From assembly GCA_964016885.1 (NCBI GenBank), contig OZ024742.1:369272001-369336000 (forward strand): a DNA stretch of 64,000 nt, read 5' to 3'. The translations under genes and the position numbers were made by a program. Positions 28,501 to 42,654 of this stretch are shown here, piece by piece; the stretch's first letter is position 1; the number at the start of each line of letters is the position of its first letter. This DNA comes from Eledone cirrhosa (lineage: Eukaryota). The notes under the pieces were generated by a model that did not search any database, was not told where the DNA came from, and saw only the letters and a program-made list of their open reading frames with translations.

Positions 28501-31500
28501 TTCTGTTAGATATCTCACTGGGTCTTCTGGAGGCTACATTTCCTGGTAGATATCTCACTGAGTCTTGTTGGCGCTACATTTCCAGATAGATATTTCACTG
28601 GGTCTTGTGGAGGCGACATTTCCTGGTAGATATCTTACTGGGTCTTGTGGAGGCGACATTTCCTGGTAGATATCTCACTGGGTCTTGTGGGCGCTACATT
28701 TCCTGATAGATATTTCACTGGGTCTTGTGGAGGCGACATTTCCTGGTAGATATCTTACTGGGTCTTGTGGAGGCTACATTTCCTGGTAGATATCTCACTG
28801 CGTTTTGTAGAGGCTACATTTCCTGGTAGATATCTCATTGGATCTTGTGGGGGCTATATTTGCTGGTAGATATTTAACTGGGTTTGAGGAGTTAACATTT
28901 CCTGGTAGACATCTCACTGAGCTTTGTCGGGCCTACATTTCCTGGTAGATATCTCACTGGGTCTTCTAGAGGCAACATTTCCTGGTAGATATCTCACTGA
29001 TTTTGTTAGGGATACATTTCCTTGTAGATATTTCACTGGGTCTTGTGGAGTCTACATTGCCTGGTAGATATCTCACTGGGTCTTGGGGTGGCTACATTTC
29101 CTGGTAGAAACCTCACTGGGAATTGTGGAGGCTACACTTCCTGGTAGATATCTCACTGGGTCTTGTGTAAGCTACACTTCCTGGTACATATCTCACTGGG
29201 TCTTGTAGAGTCTACACTTCCTGGTAGATACATCACTAAGTCTTATGGGGCCACATATCCTGGTAGATATTTAACTGGGTCTTGTGGAGTCTACATTTCA
29301 TGGTAGATATCTCACTGGTCCTTGTGGAGTCTACATTTCCTGGTAGATATCTCACTGGGTCCAGTGGAGGCTACATTCCCTGGTATATATTTCACTGGGT
29401 CCTGTGGAGTCTACATTTCCTGGTAGATATCTCACTGGGTCCTGTGGAGTCTACATTTCCTGGTAGATATCTCACTGGATTTTGTGGGGTCTACATTTCC
29501 TGGTGGATATTTAACTGGGTTTGTGGGGTCTACATTTCCTGGTAGATATCTCACTGGGTTTGAGGAGTCTACATTTACTGGTAGATATCGCACTGGGTCT
29601 TGTGGAGGCTACATTTCCTGGCAGATATCTCACTGGGTCTTGTGCAGGCTACATTTCCTGGTACATATCTCACTGGGTGTTGTAGAGGCTACTCTTCCTG
29701 GTAGATATCTCACTGGTTGTGTTAAAGGCGACAGTTCCTGGTAGATATCTCACTGAGGCTTGTGGGGCTACACTTCCTGGTAGATATCTCACTGGGTCAT
29801 CTAGAGGCTACATTTTCTGTTAGATATCTCACTGGGTCTTGTGCGGGCTACATTTTCTGGTAGATATTTCACTGGGTTTGCGGAGTCTACATTTCCTGAT
29901 AGATATCTCATTGGGTCTTGTGGAGGCTACATTTCCTGGTAGATATCACACTGGGATTTGTAGAGGCTACATTTCCTGGTAGATATCTCACGGGATCTTG
30001 TAGAGGATACACTTCCTGGTGAGATATCTCACTGGGTGGTGTAGAGGCTACACTTTAGGGTAGATACCACACTGGGTCTTGTGGGGGCTACATTGCGTGG
30101 TAGATATTTCAATGGGTCTTGTGGAGGCTACATTTCCTGGTCGATATCTCACTGGGTCTTGCGGAGGATAAAATTTCCTGGTTGATATCTCACTGAGTCT
30201 TGTGTGGCTACATTTCCTGATAGATATTTCACTGGGGTTTGTGGAGTCTACATTTCCTGGTAGATATCTCACTGGTCCTTGTTGAGTCTACATTCCTTGG
30301 TAGATATCTCACCGTGTTTTGTGGTGGCTACATTTCCTGTTAGATATCTCACTGGGTCCTGTGGATGCTACATTTCCTGGTAGATATCTCACTGGATTTT
30401 GTGGGGTCTACATTTCCTGGTAGATATCTCACTGGGTCTTGTGGAGGCTACATTTCGTGGTAGATATCTCACTGGATCTTGTGTAGGCTACATTTCGTGG
30501 TAGATATCTCACTGGGTGTTGTAGAGGCCACTCTTCCTGGTAGATATCTCACTGTGTCTTCTAGAGGCTACAGTTCCTGGTAGATATCTCACTGGGTCTT
30601 GTGGAGGCTACATTTCTTGGTAGATATCTCACTGGGTCTCGTAGAGGCTACACTTCCTGGTAGATATCTCACTGGGTCTTGTGGAGGCTACATTTCTTGG
30701 TAGATATCTCACTGGGTCTTGTGGAGGCTACATTTCCTGGTAGATATCTCACTGGGTCTTTTGGAGGCTACATTACCTGGTAGATATCTCACTGGGTCTC
30801 GTAGAGGCTACACTTCCTGGTAGATATCTCACTGGGTGTTGTAGAGGCTTCACTTCCTGGTAGATATCTAACTGGGTGTTGTAGAGGCTTCACTTCCTGG
30901 TAGATATCTCATTGAGTCTTGAGCGGTCTACATTTCCTGGTTGATATCTCACTGCATCTTGTCGGGAATACATTTTCCGGTAGATATCTCACTGGGTTTT
31001 GTGGAGGCTACATTTCCTGCTAGATATGTCACTGATTTTCTGGGGACTACATTTCTTAGTAGATATCTTATTGGGTCTTATAGAGGCTACACTTCCTGGT
31101 AGGTATCTCACTGGATCTTCTAGAGGCTACATTTTCTGGTAGATATGTCACTGGGTCTTGTGGGGGGGCTACATTTTCTGATAGATATCTCATTGGGTCT
31201 TGTGGGGGCTACATTCCCTGGTATATATTTCACTGGTTTTGAGGAGTCTACATTTACTGGTAGATATCGCACTGGGTCTTGTAGTGGCTACATTTCCTGG
31301 CAGATATCTCACAGGGTCTTGTGGAGGCTACATTTCCTGGTAGATATCTCACTGGGTGTTGTAGAGGCTACTCTTCCTGGTAGATATCTCACTGAGGCTT
31401 GTGGAGCTACATTTCCTGGTAGATATCTCACTCAGCTTTGTACGGGCTACATTTCCTGGTAGATATTTCACTGGGTCTTGTAAAGGCTACATTTCCTGGT

Positions 31501-34500
31501 AGATATCTCACTGGGTCTTGTGGAGGTTACATTTATTGGTAGATATCTCACTGGGTCTTGTGTAGGCTACATTTCCTGGTAGATATCTCACTGGGTCTTG
31601 TAGAGGCTACAATTGCTAGTAGATATCTCACTGGGACCTGTAGAGGCTACACTTCCTGGTAGATATCTCATTGAGTCTTGTAGGGGTTACATTCCCTGGT
31701 TGATACTTAACTGAGTCTTGGGGAGCTACATGTTCTGGTAGATATCTCACTGGGTTTTGGGGAGGCTACATTTCCTGGTAGATATCACTCTGGGTATTAT
31801 AGAGACTACACTTCCTGATATATATCTCACTGCGTCTTCTAGAGGCTACATTTCCTCGTAGATATCTCACTGGGTCTGTGGAGGCTACATTTAGTCTGTA
31901 GATATCTGACTGCGTCTTGTAGAGGCTACACCTCCTGGTAGATATCTTACTGGGTTTTGTGGAGTCTACATTTCCTGGTAGATATCTTACTGAGTCTTGT
32001 GGGCGCTACATGTCTTGATAGATATTTCATTGTGTCATGTGGGGGCTACGTTTCATGGTAGATATCTCACTGAATCTTGTGGGGGCTACATTTTCTGTTA
32101 GATATCTCACTGGGTCTTCTGGAGGCTACATTTCCTGGTAGATATCTCACTGAGTCTTGTTGGCGCTACATTTCCAGATAGATATTTCACTGGGTCTTGT
32201 GGAGGCAACATTTCCTGGTAGATATCTTACTGGGTCTTGTGGAGGCGACATTTCCTGGTAGATATCTCACTGGGTCTTGTGGGCGCTACATTTCCTGATA
32301 GATATTTCACTGGGTCTTGTGGAGGCGACATTTCCTGGTAGATATCTTACTGGGTCTTGTGGAGGCTACATTTCCTGGTAGATATCTCACTGCGTTTTGT
32401 AGAGGCTACATTTCCTGGTAGATATCTCATTGGATCTTGTGGGGGCTATATTTGCTGGTAGATATTTAACTGGGTTTGAGGAGTTAACATTTCCTGGTAG
32501 ATATCTCACTGAGCTTTGTCGGGGCTACATTTCCTGGTAGATATTTCACTGGGTCTTGTGGAGGCTACATTTCCTGGGAAATATCTCACTGGGTCTTGTG
32601 GAGGCTACATTTCCTGGTAGATATGTCACTTGGTTTTATGGAGGATACATTTACTGGTAGATATCTCACTGATTTTGCGGGGACTACACTTCCTGGTAGA
32701 TATCTCACTGGCTCTTGTGGAGGCTACATTTCCTGGTAGATATCTCTCTGTGTCTTGTAGAGGCTACACCTCCTGGTAGATATCTCACTGAGTTTTGTGG
32801 GGGCTTTACTTCCTGGTAAATATCTCATTCAGTCTTGTGGGGTCTGCATTTCCTGGTTGATATCTCACTGAATCTTTTCGGGGATACATTTTCTGGTAGA
32901 TATCTCACTGGGTTTTGCGGGGAATACATTTCCTGTTAGATATCTTACTGGGTCTTATAGAGGCTACACTTCCTGGTAGATATCTCACTGTGTCTTGTGG
33001 AGATTACATTTCCTGGTAGATATCTCTCTGTATCTTGGAGGGACTTCACTTCCTGGTAGATATCTCACTGGGTGTTTTAGAGACTATACTTCCTGATAGA
33101 TATCTAATTGAGTCTTGTGGGGGCAACATTTCCTAGTAGATATCTCACTGAGTCTTGTGGAGGCTACATTCCCTGGTAGATATCTCACTGAATCTCGTGG
33201 GGACTACATTTCCTGTTAGATATCTCACTGGGTCTTATAGAGGCTACACTTCCTGTACATATCTCATTGGATCTTTTGGAGTCTACATTTCCTGGTAGAT
33301 ATCTCGCTGAGTTTTGTGGGGGCTATACATTCTTGTCGATATTTCACTGGGTCGTGTGTAGTCTACATTGCCTGGTAGATATCTTACTGGATCTTGTGGA
33401 GGCACATTTCCTGATAGATACCTCACTGGGTCTTGAGGAAGCTACATTTCCTGGTAGATATCTCACTGGGTCTTGTGTATGCTACACTTCTTGGTAGATA
33501 TATCACTGAGACTTATGGGGCTACATATGCTGGTAGATATTTAACTGGGTCTTGTGGAGTCTACATTTCCTAGTAGATATCTCAGCGTGTCTTGTGGAGA
33601 CTACATTTCCTGGTAGATATCTAACTGGATCTTGTGGGGTCTACATTTCCTGGTAGATATCTCACTGGGTCTTCTGGAGGCTACATTTCCTGGTAGATAT
33701 CTCACTGGGTCTTGTGTAGGCGACATTTCCTGGTAGATATCTCACTGGGTGTTGTAGAGGCTACTCTTCCTGGTAGATATATCACTGGGTGTTCTAGAGG
33801 CTACTCCTCCTGGTAGATATTTCACTGTGTCTCGTGGGGGCAACATTTCCTGGTAGATATTTCACTGGGTCTTGTGAAGGCTACATTTCCTGGTAGATAT
33901 CTCACTGGGTCTTGTGGAGGCTACATTTCTTGGTAGATATCTCACTGGGTCATGTGGAGGCTACATTTCCTGGTAGATATCTCACTGGGTCTTGTAGATG
34001 CTACACTTCCTGGTAGATATCTCACTGGGTCTTGTAGAGGCTACACTTCCTGGTAGATATCTCACTAGGTGTTGTAGAGGCTTCACTTTCTGGTAGATAT
34101 CTCACTGATTTTGCGGGGAATTCATTTCCAGGGAGATATCTCACTGGGTCTTGTGTAGGCTACATTTCCTGGTAGATATCTCCCTGGGTGTTGTAGAGGC
34201 TACTCTTCCTGGTAGATATCTCACTGAGTGTGCTAAAGGCGACACTTCTTGCTAGATATCTCACTGAAGCTTGTGGGGCTACATTTTCTGGTAGATATTT
34301 CACTGGGTCTTGTTGAGTCTACATTTCATGGTAGATATCTCACTGGGTCATGTGGAGACTACATTTCCTGGTAGATCTCTAACTGGGTGTTGTAGAGGCT
34401 ACTCTTCCTGGTAGATATCTCACTGGGTGTTCTAGAGGCTATACTTCCTGGTAGATATCTCACTGAATCTTGTGGGGCTACACTTCCTGCTAGATATTTC

Positions 34501-37500
34501 GCTGGGTCTTGTGGAGAATACACTTCCTGGTAGATAACACACTGTGTCATGTAGAGGCGACACTTCTTGTTAGACATCTCACTCGGTCTTGTGGAATCTA
34601 GATTTCCTGGTAGATATCTCACTGGGTTTTGTGGAGGCTACATTTCCTGGTAGATATCTCACTTGGTCTTGTAGAGTATACACTCCCTGGAAGATATCTC
34701 ACAAAATCTTGTGGTGACTACATTTCCTGGTAGATATCTCACTGGGTCTTATAGAGGCTATACTTCCTCTAGATATCTCATTGAGTATTTTGGGGGCTAC
34801 ATTTTCTTGTCGATATTTCCCTAGGTCTTGTGGAGTCTACATTGACTGGTAGATATCTCACTGGGTCTTGTGGAGGCTACATTTCCTGGTAGATATCTCA
34901 CTGGGTCTTGTGGAGGCTACATTTCCTGGTAGATATCTCACTGGGTCTTATGGGGCTACATATCCTGGTAGATATTTAACTGGGTCTTGTGGAGTCTACA
35001 TTGCTTGGTAGATATCTCACCGGGTCTTGTGATTGCTACATTTCCTGGTAGATATCTCACTGGGTCCAGTGGAGGCTACATTTCCTGATACATATCTCAC
35101 TGGATCTTGTGGGGTCTACATTTCCTGGTAGATATTTCACTGGGTTTGTGGGGTCTACATTTCCTGGTAGATATCTCACTGGGTCTTTTGTAGGCTATAT
35201 TTCCTGGTAGATATCTCACTGGGTGTTGTAGAGGCTACTCTTCCTGGTAGATATCTCACTGGGTGGTCTAGAGGCTACATTTCCTTGTAGATATTTCACT
35301 GAATCTTGCGGAGGCTACATTTCCTGGTAGATATCCCACTGGGCCTTGTGGAAGCCTCATTTCCTGGTAGATATCTCACTGTGTCTTGTTGTGGCTACAT
35401 TGCCTGGTAGATAATTTACTAGGTCTTGTGGAGGCTACATTTACTGGTCGATATCTCACTGGGTCTTGTGGAGGATACATTTCCTGGATTATATCTCACT
35501 GACTCTTGTGGGGGCTACATTTCCTGATAGATATTTCACTGGGTCTTTTGGAGGCTACATTTCCTGGTAGATATCACACCGGGTCTTGTAGAGGCTAAAT
35601 CCCCTTGTAGATAACTCAATGGGGTTTGTAGAGGCTACATTTCCTGGTCGATATCTCACTGGGTCTTTTGGAGGATACATTTCCTGGTAGATATCTCACT
35701 GTGTCTTGTTGTGACTACATTGCCTGGTAGATATTTCACTGGGGTTTGTGGAGGCTACATCTCCTGGTCGATATCTTACTGGGTCTTGAGGAGGATACAT
35801 TTCCTGGTATATATCTCACTGAGTCTTGTAGAGACTAAATCCCCTTGTAGATATCTCACTGGGGTTTGTGGATGCTACATTTCCTGGCAAATATCTCACT
35901 GGCCCTTGTGGAGGCTACATTTCCTGATAGATATTTAACTGGGTTTGGGGAATCTACATTTCCTGGTAGATATCTAACTGGGTCTTGAGGAGGCTACATT
36001 TCCTGGTAGATATCTCACTGGGTGTTTTAGAAGCTAAACCTACTGGTAGATATCAAACTGAGCCTGTGCCGGCTATATTTCCTGGTGGATATCTCACTGG
36101 GCCTTGTAGGAGCTACATTTCCTAGTAGATATTTCACTGTGTCTTGTGGAGGCGACATTCTCTGGTTGATATTTCACTGAGTCTTGTGGGGGCTACACTT
36201 CCTAGTAGATATTTCACTGAGTTTGGGGAGTGTACATTTACTGGTAGATATCTCACTGATTTTTCGGGGACTACATTTCCTGGTAGATATCACACGGGGA
36301 CTTGTAGAGGCTAAATCCACTGGTAGATATCTCACTGGGTTTTGTGGGGGCTACATTTACTGGTAGATATTTCAGTGGGTTTGAGGAGTCTAGCTTTTCC
36401 GGTAGATATCTCATTGGGTCTTGTGGAGGCTAGAGTTCCTTGTAGATATTTCACTGAATCTTGTGGAGGCTACATTTCTTGGAAGATATCTCACTGAGTC
36501 TTGTGGGGGCTACATTTCCTGGTAGATATTTCACTGGGTTTGGGGAGTGTACATTTTCTGGTAGATATCTCACTGATTTTGGGGGGACTGCATTTCCTGG
36601 TAGATATCTCACTGGGTCTTATAGAGGCTACACTTCCTGGTAGATATCTCACTGAGTCTTGTGGGCTCTACATTTCCTGGTAGATATTACACTGGGTCTT
36701 GTGGAGGCTACATTTCCTGGTAGATATCTCTCTGTGTCTTGTCCTGGCTACATTGCCTGGTAGATATTTCACTGGGTGTTGTGGGGGCTACATTTCCTGA
36801 TAGATATTTCACTGGGTGTTGTGCAGGCTACATTTCCTGGTAGATATCACACCGGGTCTTGTAGAGGCTAAATCCCCTTGTAGATATCTCACTGGGGTTT
36901 GTGGAGGCTAAATTTCCTGGTAGATATTTCACTGGTCTTGTGGAGGCTACATTTACTGCCTGATATCTCACTGGGTCTTGTGGAGGATACACTTCCTGGT
37001 AGATATCTCACTGGGTCTTGTGGGGTTTATATATTTTGGTAGATATTACACTGGGTCTTGTGGAGGCTACATTTCCTTGTAGATATTTCCCTGAATCTTG
37101 TGGAGGCTACATTTCCTGGTAGATATCTCACTGAGTCTTCTGGGAGCAACACTTCCTGGTAGATATTTCCCTGTGTTTGGGGAGTGTACATTTTCTGGTA
37201 GATATCTCACTGATTTTGCGGAGACTACATTTCCTGGTAGATATCTTCATGGGTCATATAGAGGCTACACTTCTTGGTAGATATCTCACTGGGTCTTGTG
37301 GAGGCTACATTTCCTGGTAGATATCTCACTGGGGTTTGTGGAATCTACAATTCCTGGTAGATATTTCACTGGTCTTGTGGAGGCTACATTTCCTGGTAAA
37401 TATCTCACTGTGTCTTGAGGAGACTACATTTCATTGTAGATATTTCACTGAATCTTGTGGGGGCTACATTTCCTGGTAGATATCCCACTGGGCCTTGTGG

Positions 37501-40500
37501 AAGCCTCATTTCCTGGTAGATACCTCACTGTGTCTTGTTGTGGCTACATTGCCTGGTAGATAATTCACTGGGTCTTGTGGAGGCTACATTTACTGGTCGA
37601 TATCTCACTTGGTCTTCTGGAGGATACATTTCCTGGTATATATCTCACTGAGTCTTGTGGGGGCTACATTGCCTGGTAGATATTTCACTGGGTTTTGTGG
37701 AGGCTACATCTCCTGGTAGATATCACACCGGGTCTTGTAGAGGCTAAATCCCCTTGTAGATATCTCACTCGGGTTTGTAGAGGCTACATTTCCTGGTCGA
37801 TATCTCACTGGGTCTTTTGGGGGATACATTTCATGGTAGATATCTGACTGTGTCTTGTTGTGGCTACATTGCCTGGTAGATATTTCACTGGGTTTTGTGG
37901 AGGCTACATCTCCTGGTCGATATCTTACTGGGTCTTGAGGAGGTACATTTCCTGGTATATATCTCACTGGGTCTTGTGGGGGCTACATTTCCTGGTAGAT
38001 ATTTGACTGTGTCTTGTGGAGGGTACATCTCCTGGTAGATATCTCACTGAGTCTTGTGGGGTCTACATTTCTCGGCAGATATCTCACTGGCTCTTGTGGA
38101 GGATACACTTCCTGGTAGATATCTAACTGGGTCTTGCGGGGTCTATATTTCCTGGTAGATATTACACTGTATCTTGTGGAGGCTACATTTCCCGGTAAAT
38201 ATCTGACTGGGTCGTGTGGATGTTACATTTACTTGTAGATATTTCACTGAATCTAGTGGAGGCTACATTTCCTGGTAGATATCTCACTGAATCTTGTGGA
38301 GGCTACATTTCCTGGTAGATATTTCACTGGGTTTGGGGACTGTACATTTCCTGGTAGATATCTCACTTGGTCTTGTGGGAGCTACATTTCCAGGTAGATA
38401 TCCCACTGGCTTTTATAAAGGCTATCCTTCCTAGTAGATATCTCACAGGGTGTTGTAGAGGCTACACTTCCTGGTAGATATCTCACTGAGTATTGTGGGG
38501 GCTATATTTCCTAGTAGATATCTCACTGGGTCATGTGGGGTCTACATTTCCGGATAGATATTTCACAGGGTCTTGTGGAGGGTACATTTCCTGGTACTAT
38601 TTCACTGTATCTAATGGGGTCTATATTTCCTGGCAGATATCTCACTGGGTGTTGTGGAGGATACAGTTCCTGGTAGGTATCTCACTGGGTGTTGGGTGGG
38701 CTACATTTCCTGGTAGATATTTCACTGGTTTGTGGAGTCTACATTTCCTGGTAGATATGTCACTGGGTCTTGTGGAGGCTACCTCTCCTGGTAGATATCT
38801 CACTGGGTCTTGTGGGGGCTACATTTCCTGGAAGGTATTTCACTGGGTTTGCGGTGTCTACATTTCCTGGTAGATATCTCATTGGGTCTTGTGGAGGCTA
38901 CATTTCCTGGTATATATCTGACTGAGTCTTTTGGAGGCTACATTTCCTGGTAGATATCTCACTGGGTCTTCTGGGGTCACATTTCCGGGTAGATATTACA
39001 TTGGGTCTTGTGGAGGCTACATTTCCTGGTAGATATCTCACTGTGTCTTGTGGTGGCTACATTGCCTGTCAGATATTTCACTGGGTCTTGTGGAGGCTAC
39101 ATTTCCTGGTCGATATCTCGCTGGGTCAAGTGGAGGATATATTTACTGGTAGATATTTCACTGGGTCTTGTGGGGGTTACACTTCCTGGTAGATATCTCA
39201 CTGGGTTTTGTGGAGGCTACATTTCCTGGTAGATATCTCACTGTGGTATGTGGAGGCTACATTTCCTGGTAGATATTTCACTGGGTCTTGTGGAGGCTAC
39301 ATTTCCTGGTAGATAATTCACTGGGTCTTGTGCGGGTTATACTTCCTGGTAGATATCTCACTGGGTCTTGTGGAGGCTACACTTCCTGGTAGACATCTCA
39401 CTGAGTCTTGTGGAGGTTACATTTCCTGGTAGATATCTCACGGTGTCTTGTGGGCGCTACATCTCCTGGTAGATATTTCAGTGTGTTTGTGGAGGCTACA
39501 TTTCCTGGTAGATATCTCACTGTGGTATGTGGAGGCTACATTTCCTGGTAGATATTTCACCGGGTCTTGTGGAGGCTACATTTCCTGGTAGATATTTCAC
39601 TGGGTCATGTGGTGTCCACATTTACTGGTAGATATCTCACTGAGTCTTGTGGAGGCTTCACTTTCTGGTAGATATCCCACTGGGTCTTGTGGAGGCTACA
39701 TTTCCTGGCAGATATCTCACTGGGTCTTGTGGAGGCTACATTTGCTGGCAGATATCTCACTATGTCTTGTGGAGGATACATTTCCTGGTAGATATCTCAC
39801 TGAGCCTCATGGAGGCTACACTTCCTCGTCGATATTTCACTTGGTCTCCTGGAGGTTACACTTCCTGTTAGATATCCCACTGGGTCTTGTGGAGGCTATA
39901 TTTCCTTTTAGAAATCTCATTGAATCTAGTGGAGGCTACAATTCCTGGTATATATCTCACTGGGTCTTGTGGAGGCCACATTTGCTGATAGATATTTCAC
40001 TGCGTCTTGTGGAGGCAACATTTCCTGGTAAATATCTCACTGGGTCTTCTAGAGGCTACAATTCCTGGTAAATATCTCACTGGGTCTTGTGGAGGCTACA
40101 TTTGCTGATAGATATTTCACTGGGTCTTGTGGAGGCGACATTTCCTGGTAGATATCTCACTGGTTCTTCTAGAGGCTACACTCCCTGGTCGATATCACAC
40201 TGGGTCTTGTGGGGATTACACTTTCTGGTAGATATCTTACTGGGTCTTGTGGAGGCTACATTTCCTGGTAGATATCGCACTGGGTTTTGTGGAGGCTACA
40301 TTTCCTGGTAGATATCTCACTGGGCCTTGTGGAGGCTACATTTCCTGGTAGATTTCTCAATGAGTCTTGTGCGGGCTACATTTCCTTGTAGATATTTCAC
40401 TGGGTCTTGTGGGGTCAACATTTTCCGGTAGATATTACACTGGGTCTTGTGGAGGCTACATTTCCTGGTAGATATTACACTGCGTCTTGTGGAGGCTACA

Positions 40501-40880
40501 TTTCCTGGTAGATATCTCACTGCGTCTTGTGGAGGCTACATTACCTGGTAAATATCTCACTGGGTCTTTTGGAGGCTACATTTCCTGGTAGATATCTCAC
40601 TGGGCCTTGTGGAGGCTACATTTCCTGGTAGATATCTTACTGGGCCTTGTGGGGGCTACATTTCCTGGTAGATATTTCCTTCACTGAGTCTTGTGGAGGC
40701 TATATTTCCTGGTAGATATTTCACTGAGTCGTATGGGGACTACATTTCCTGTTAGATATCTCACTGTGTCTCGTGGAGGCTACATTTCCTGGTTTATATC
40801 TCACTGGGTCTTGCTGAGGCTACATTTCCTGGTTGATATCTCACTGGGTTTTGTAGAGGGTACATGTCCTGGTAGATATT
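7576..40880. repeat. 40-bp tandem satellite, consensus ~GATATCTCACTGGGTCTTGTGGAGGCTACATTTCCTGGTA, about 830 monomers
   Basis: Uninterrupted 39-41 bp monomers over 33.3 kb; EcoRV site GATATC in most monomers; copy number is length/40. Confidence 0.97.
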
Positions 40881-41022
40881 TATTCAGAGCTAATACTCTC
40901 TAAGATGGTTTGTCTTCAGGGATGGATTTTACATCAGCCTGGACTTCAGACATGTACAGATCGGACGAGTTATGTACATATGTGTATGTATATATGTGTG
41001 CATATGTATATAAATATATATA

Positions 41023-41192
41023 CCACACTGTAAACGTGGTTGGTGTTAGGACGGCCATCCAGCCGTAGAAAACCTGCCAGACAGTCCCATACGAGCGAGA
41101 CGACCAATCTTGCCTCAAGTGGGACAATTCCCGTCTAAACCCATGCTAGCGTGGAAGATAGACGTTAAACGATTATGATGATGATGATGATG
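41023..41192 (+). mobile_element. 5'-truncated SINE with RTE-type 3' tail and (GAT)n end
   Basis: GTGGTTGGTGTTAGGACGGCCATCCAGCCGTAGAAAA core, then AACCCATGCTAGCGTGGAAGATAGACGTTAAAC and (GAT)n; homologous copies at 51331 and 57200. Confidence 0.8.
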
Positions 41193-41762
41193 TGTGTGTG
41201 TATATATATGTTTGTTCGTGTGCATACTTACATTTATGTATCAGCTGTGCTAGGGCGTGAAATAAAATTCTAAGTTTTTAAATATATATATATATATATT
41301 CTCAGGAAAATAGGAAAAATCGGCGTATGAAGCTGTTAAAACAGCAAAATACCATCGAATCAGCGTTGGGTAAAATATTAGCTGGAAGGACAGAGATGAG
41401 TGGCTCGATGTGAGTTGACTGGAAGGAAGAGAAGATAGGATGAGGAAAAATAATGAATGAGAACATGTCACAAACATTAAAACATGCTCTTCAGATCTCA
41501 ACCTTCTGCACTTTCGACGAATTAATGAGATTACTGCGCAGAATAGGAGGCTCGTAACAGTGGGAGGGAGAGGGGGGAAGATAGGGAGCATTGAGAGAGA
41601 AGGGAAAGAAAGAATGAATGAAAGCACTAGGGACAGAGGAAGAGGGAAGAGTTTTCCCATTTTCCTGAGAATCCTAATACACTCGCGTCTCAAAACTCTA
41701 TTTTAGAGTTAATTTCTTTATACCTTCAAAAACTACTTTAACCTTCTAACGTGGACTGATAT

Positions 41763-41952
41763 CATGCCTGAGGTGAGTTGTCTTCTCTTGCCTCTTCCCA
41801 TGCCTGAGGTGAGTTGTCTTCTCTTGCCTCTTCCTCTGTCCCTGGAATAGTTAGTGTAGAGAGAAGACATGTGGTAGACTGTTAATGGAATAGTTAGTGT
41901 AGAGAGAAGACATGTGGTAGACTGTTAATGGAATAGTTAGTGTAGAGAGAAA
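41763..41952. repeat. Two adjacent short tandem duplications (36 bp x2, 43 bp x~2.5)
   Basis: CATGCCTGAGGTGAGTTGTCTTCTCTTGCCTCTTCC twice; GGAATAGTTAGTGTAGAGAGAAGACATGTGGTAGACTGTTAAT twice plus a partial copy. Confidence 0.9.
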
Positions 41953-42169
41953 GATATATTTATGAATGAAACAGTTAAAGAAGAAAGCAAGAAATAATAT
42001 TTCAAAGAAAGAAATTCTTTGTCAATGAAAACAGAAAAGAGAGGGGGCGAGGCAAAGAAAGAAGTATTTATGAATGACAAAGTTAAAGAAACAATAGTGA
42101 CATATATCTTATTAAACTGTCTTATTTGTGGAGAACACGAGAGGGTTTGGTAAACTTCATAGTGATAAT

Positions 42170-42600
42170 GGATTTCTTTATTTACCACAAGGGTGCACAA
42201 GAAATGGGACATTACAAGACGTTAGACAACAGAGGTTTTACATGTAAGCATGTAAATCAATTTAACAATTATAAATAAACAATCGAAATCCCCAATAGGG
42301 GGAAACGTTACTGAGGGGTTGTTTTACACCCCGTAGATAGAACAACCCTCAACACCAGGAACACGTTTTGTAGGTGTTCCCGTCTTACCTCTATTTGTCT
42401 TCCTCAGCCTACAGGTTTATATACAGAGAAGGTCCATTCACTCAGGCCATTTTGGCCACATTCACCCACCGTTCAGCGAATTTACTGGGGTGTAGCACCT
42501 CTCTCTCCACTCTCACCTTCCCTCTGAAGTGGTACTTAAAGAAGGGGATGAGTTGTTGTCCGGAGAGAAAGGTGTTTGCCCTCAGTCCTTTCAATCTAGT
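42170..42600 (-). mobile_element. 3' fragment of an L1/Tx1-like LINE (ORF2 C-terminus plus 3' UTR)
   Basis: Manual minus-strand translation of 42600-42430: TRLKGLRANTFLSGQQLIPFFKYHFRGKVRVEREVLHPSKFAERWVNVAKMA*, resembling L1/Tx1 ORF2 ends; AATAAA near 42176-42181; clade assigned from recall only. Confidence 0.5.
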
Positions 42601-42654
42601 GAAGTGGGGTAAATATGGTACTCAATACATAACTAGAGTGAGAACAACAAACAT

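Noticed and set aside
7576-40880. CRISPR array (conserved half plus variable half at 40-bp period)
   Set aside because: The variable halves are all mutated versions of one sequence rather than unique spacers; no cas genes; eukaryotic context
41707-41778. 66-nt exon ending GAG/GTGAGT
   Set aside because: In-frame TAA right after the acceptor in the phase-0 frame; the donor is part of a local tandem duplication
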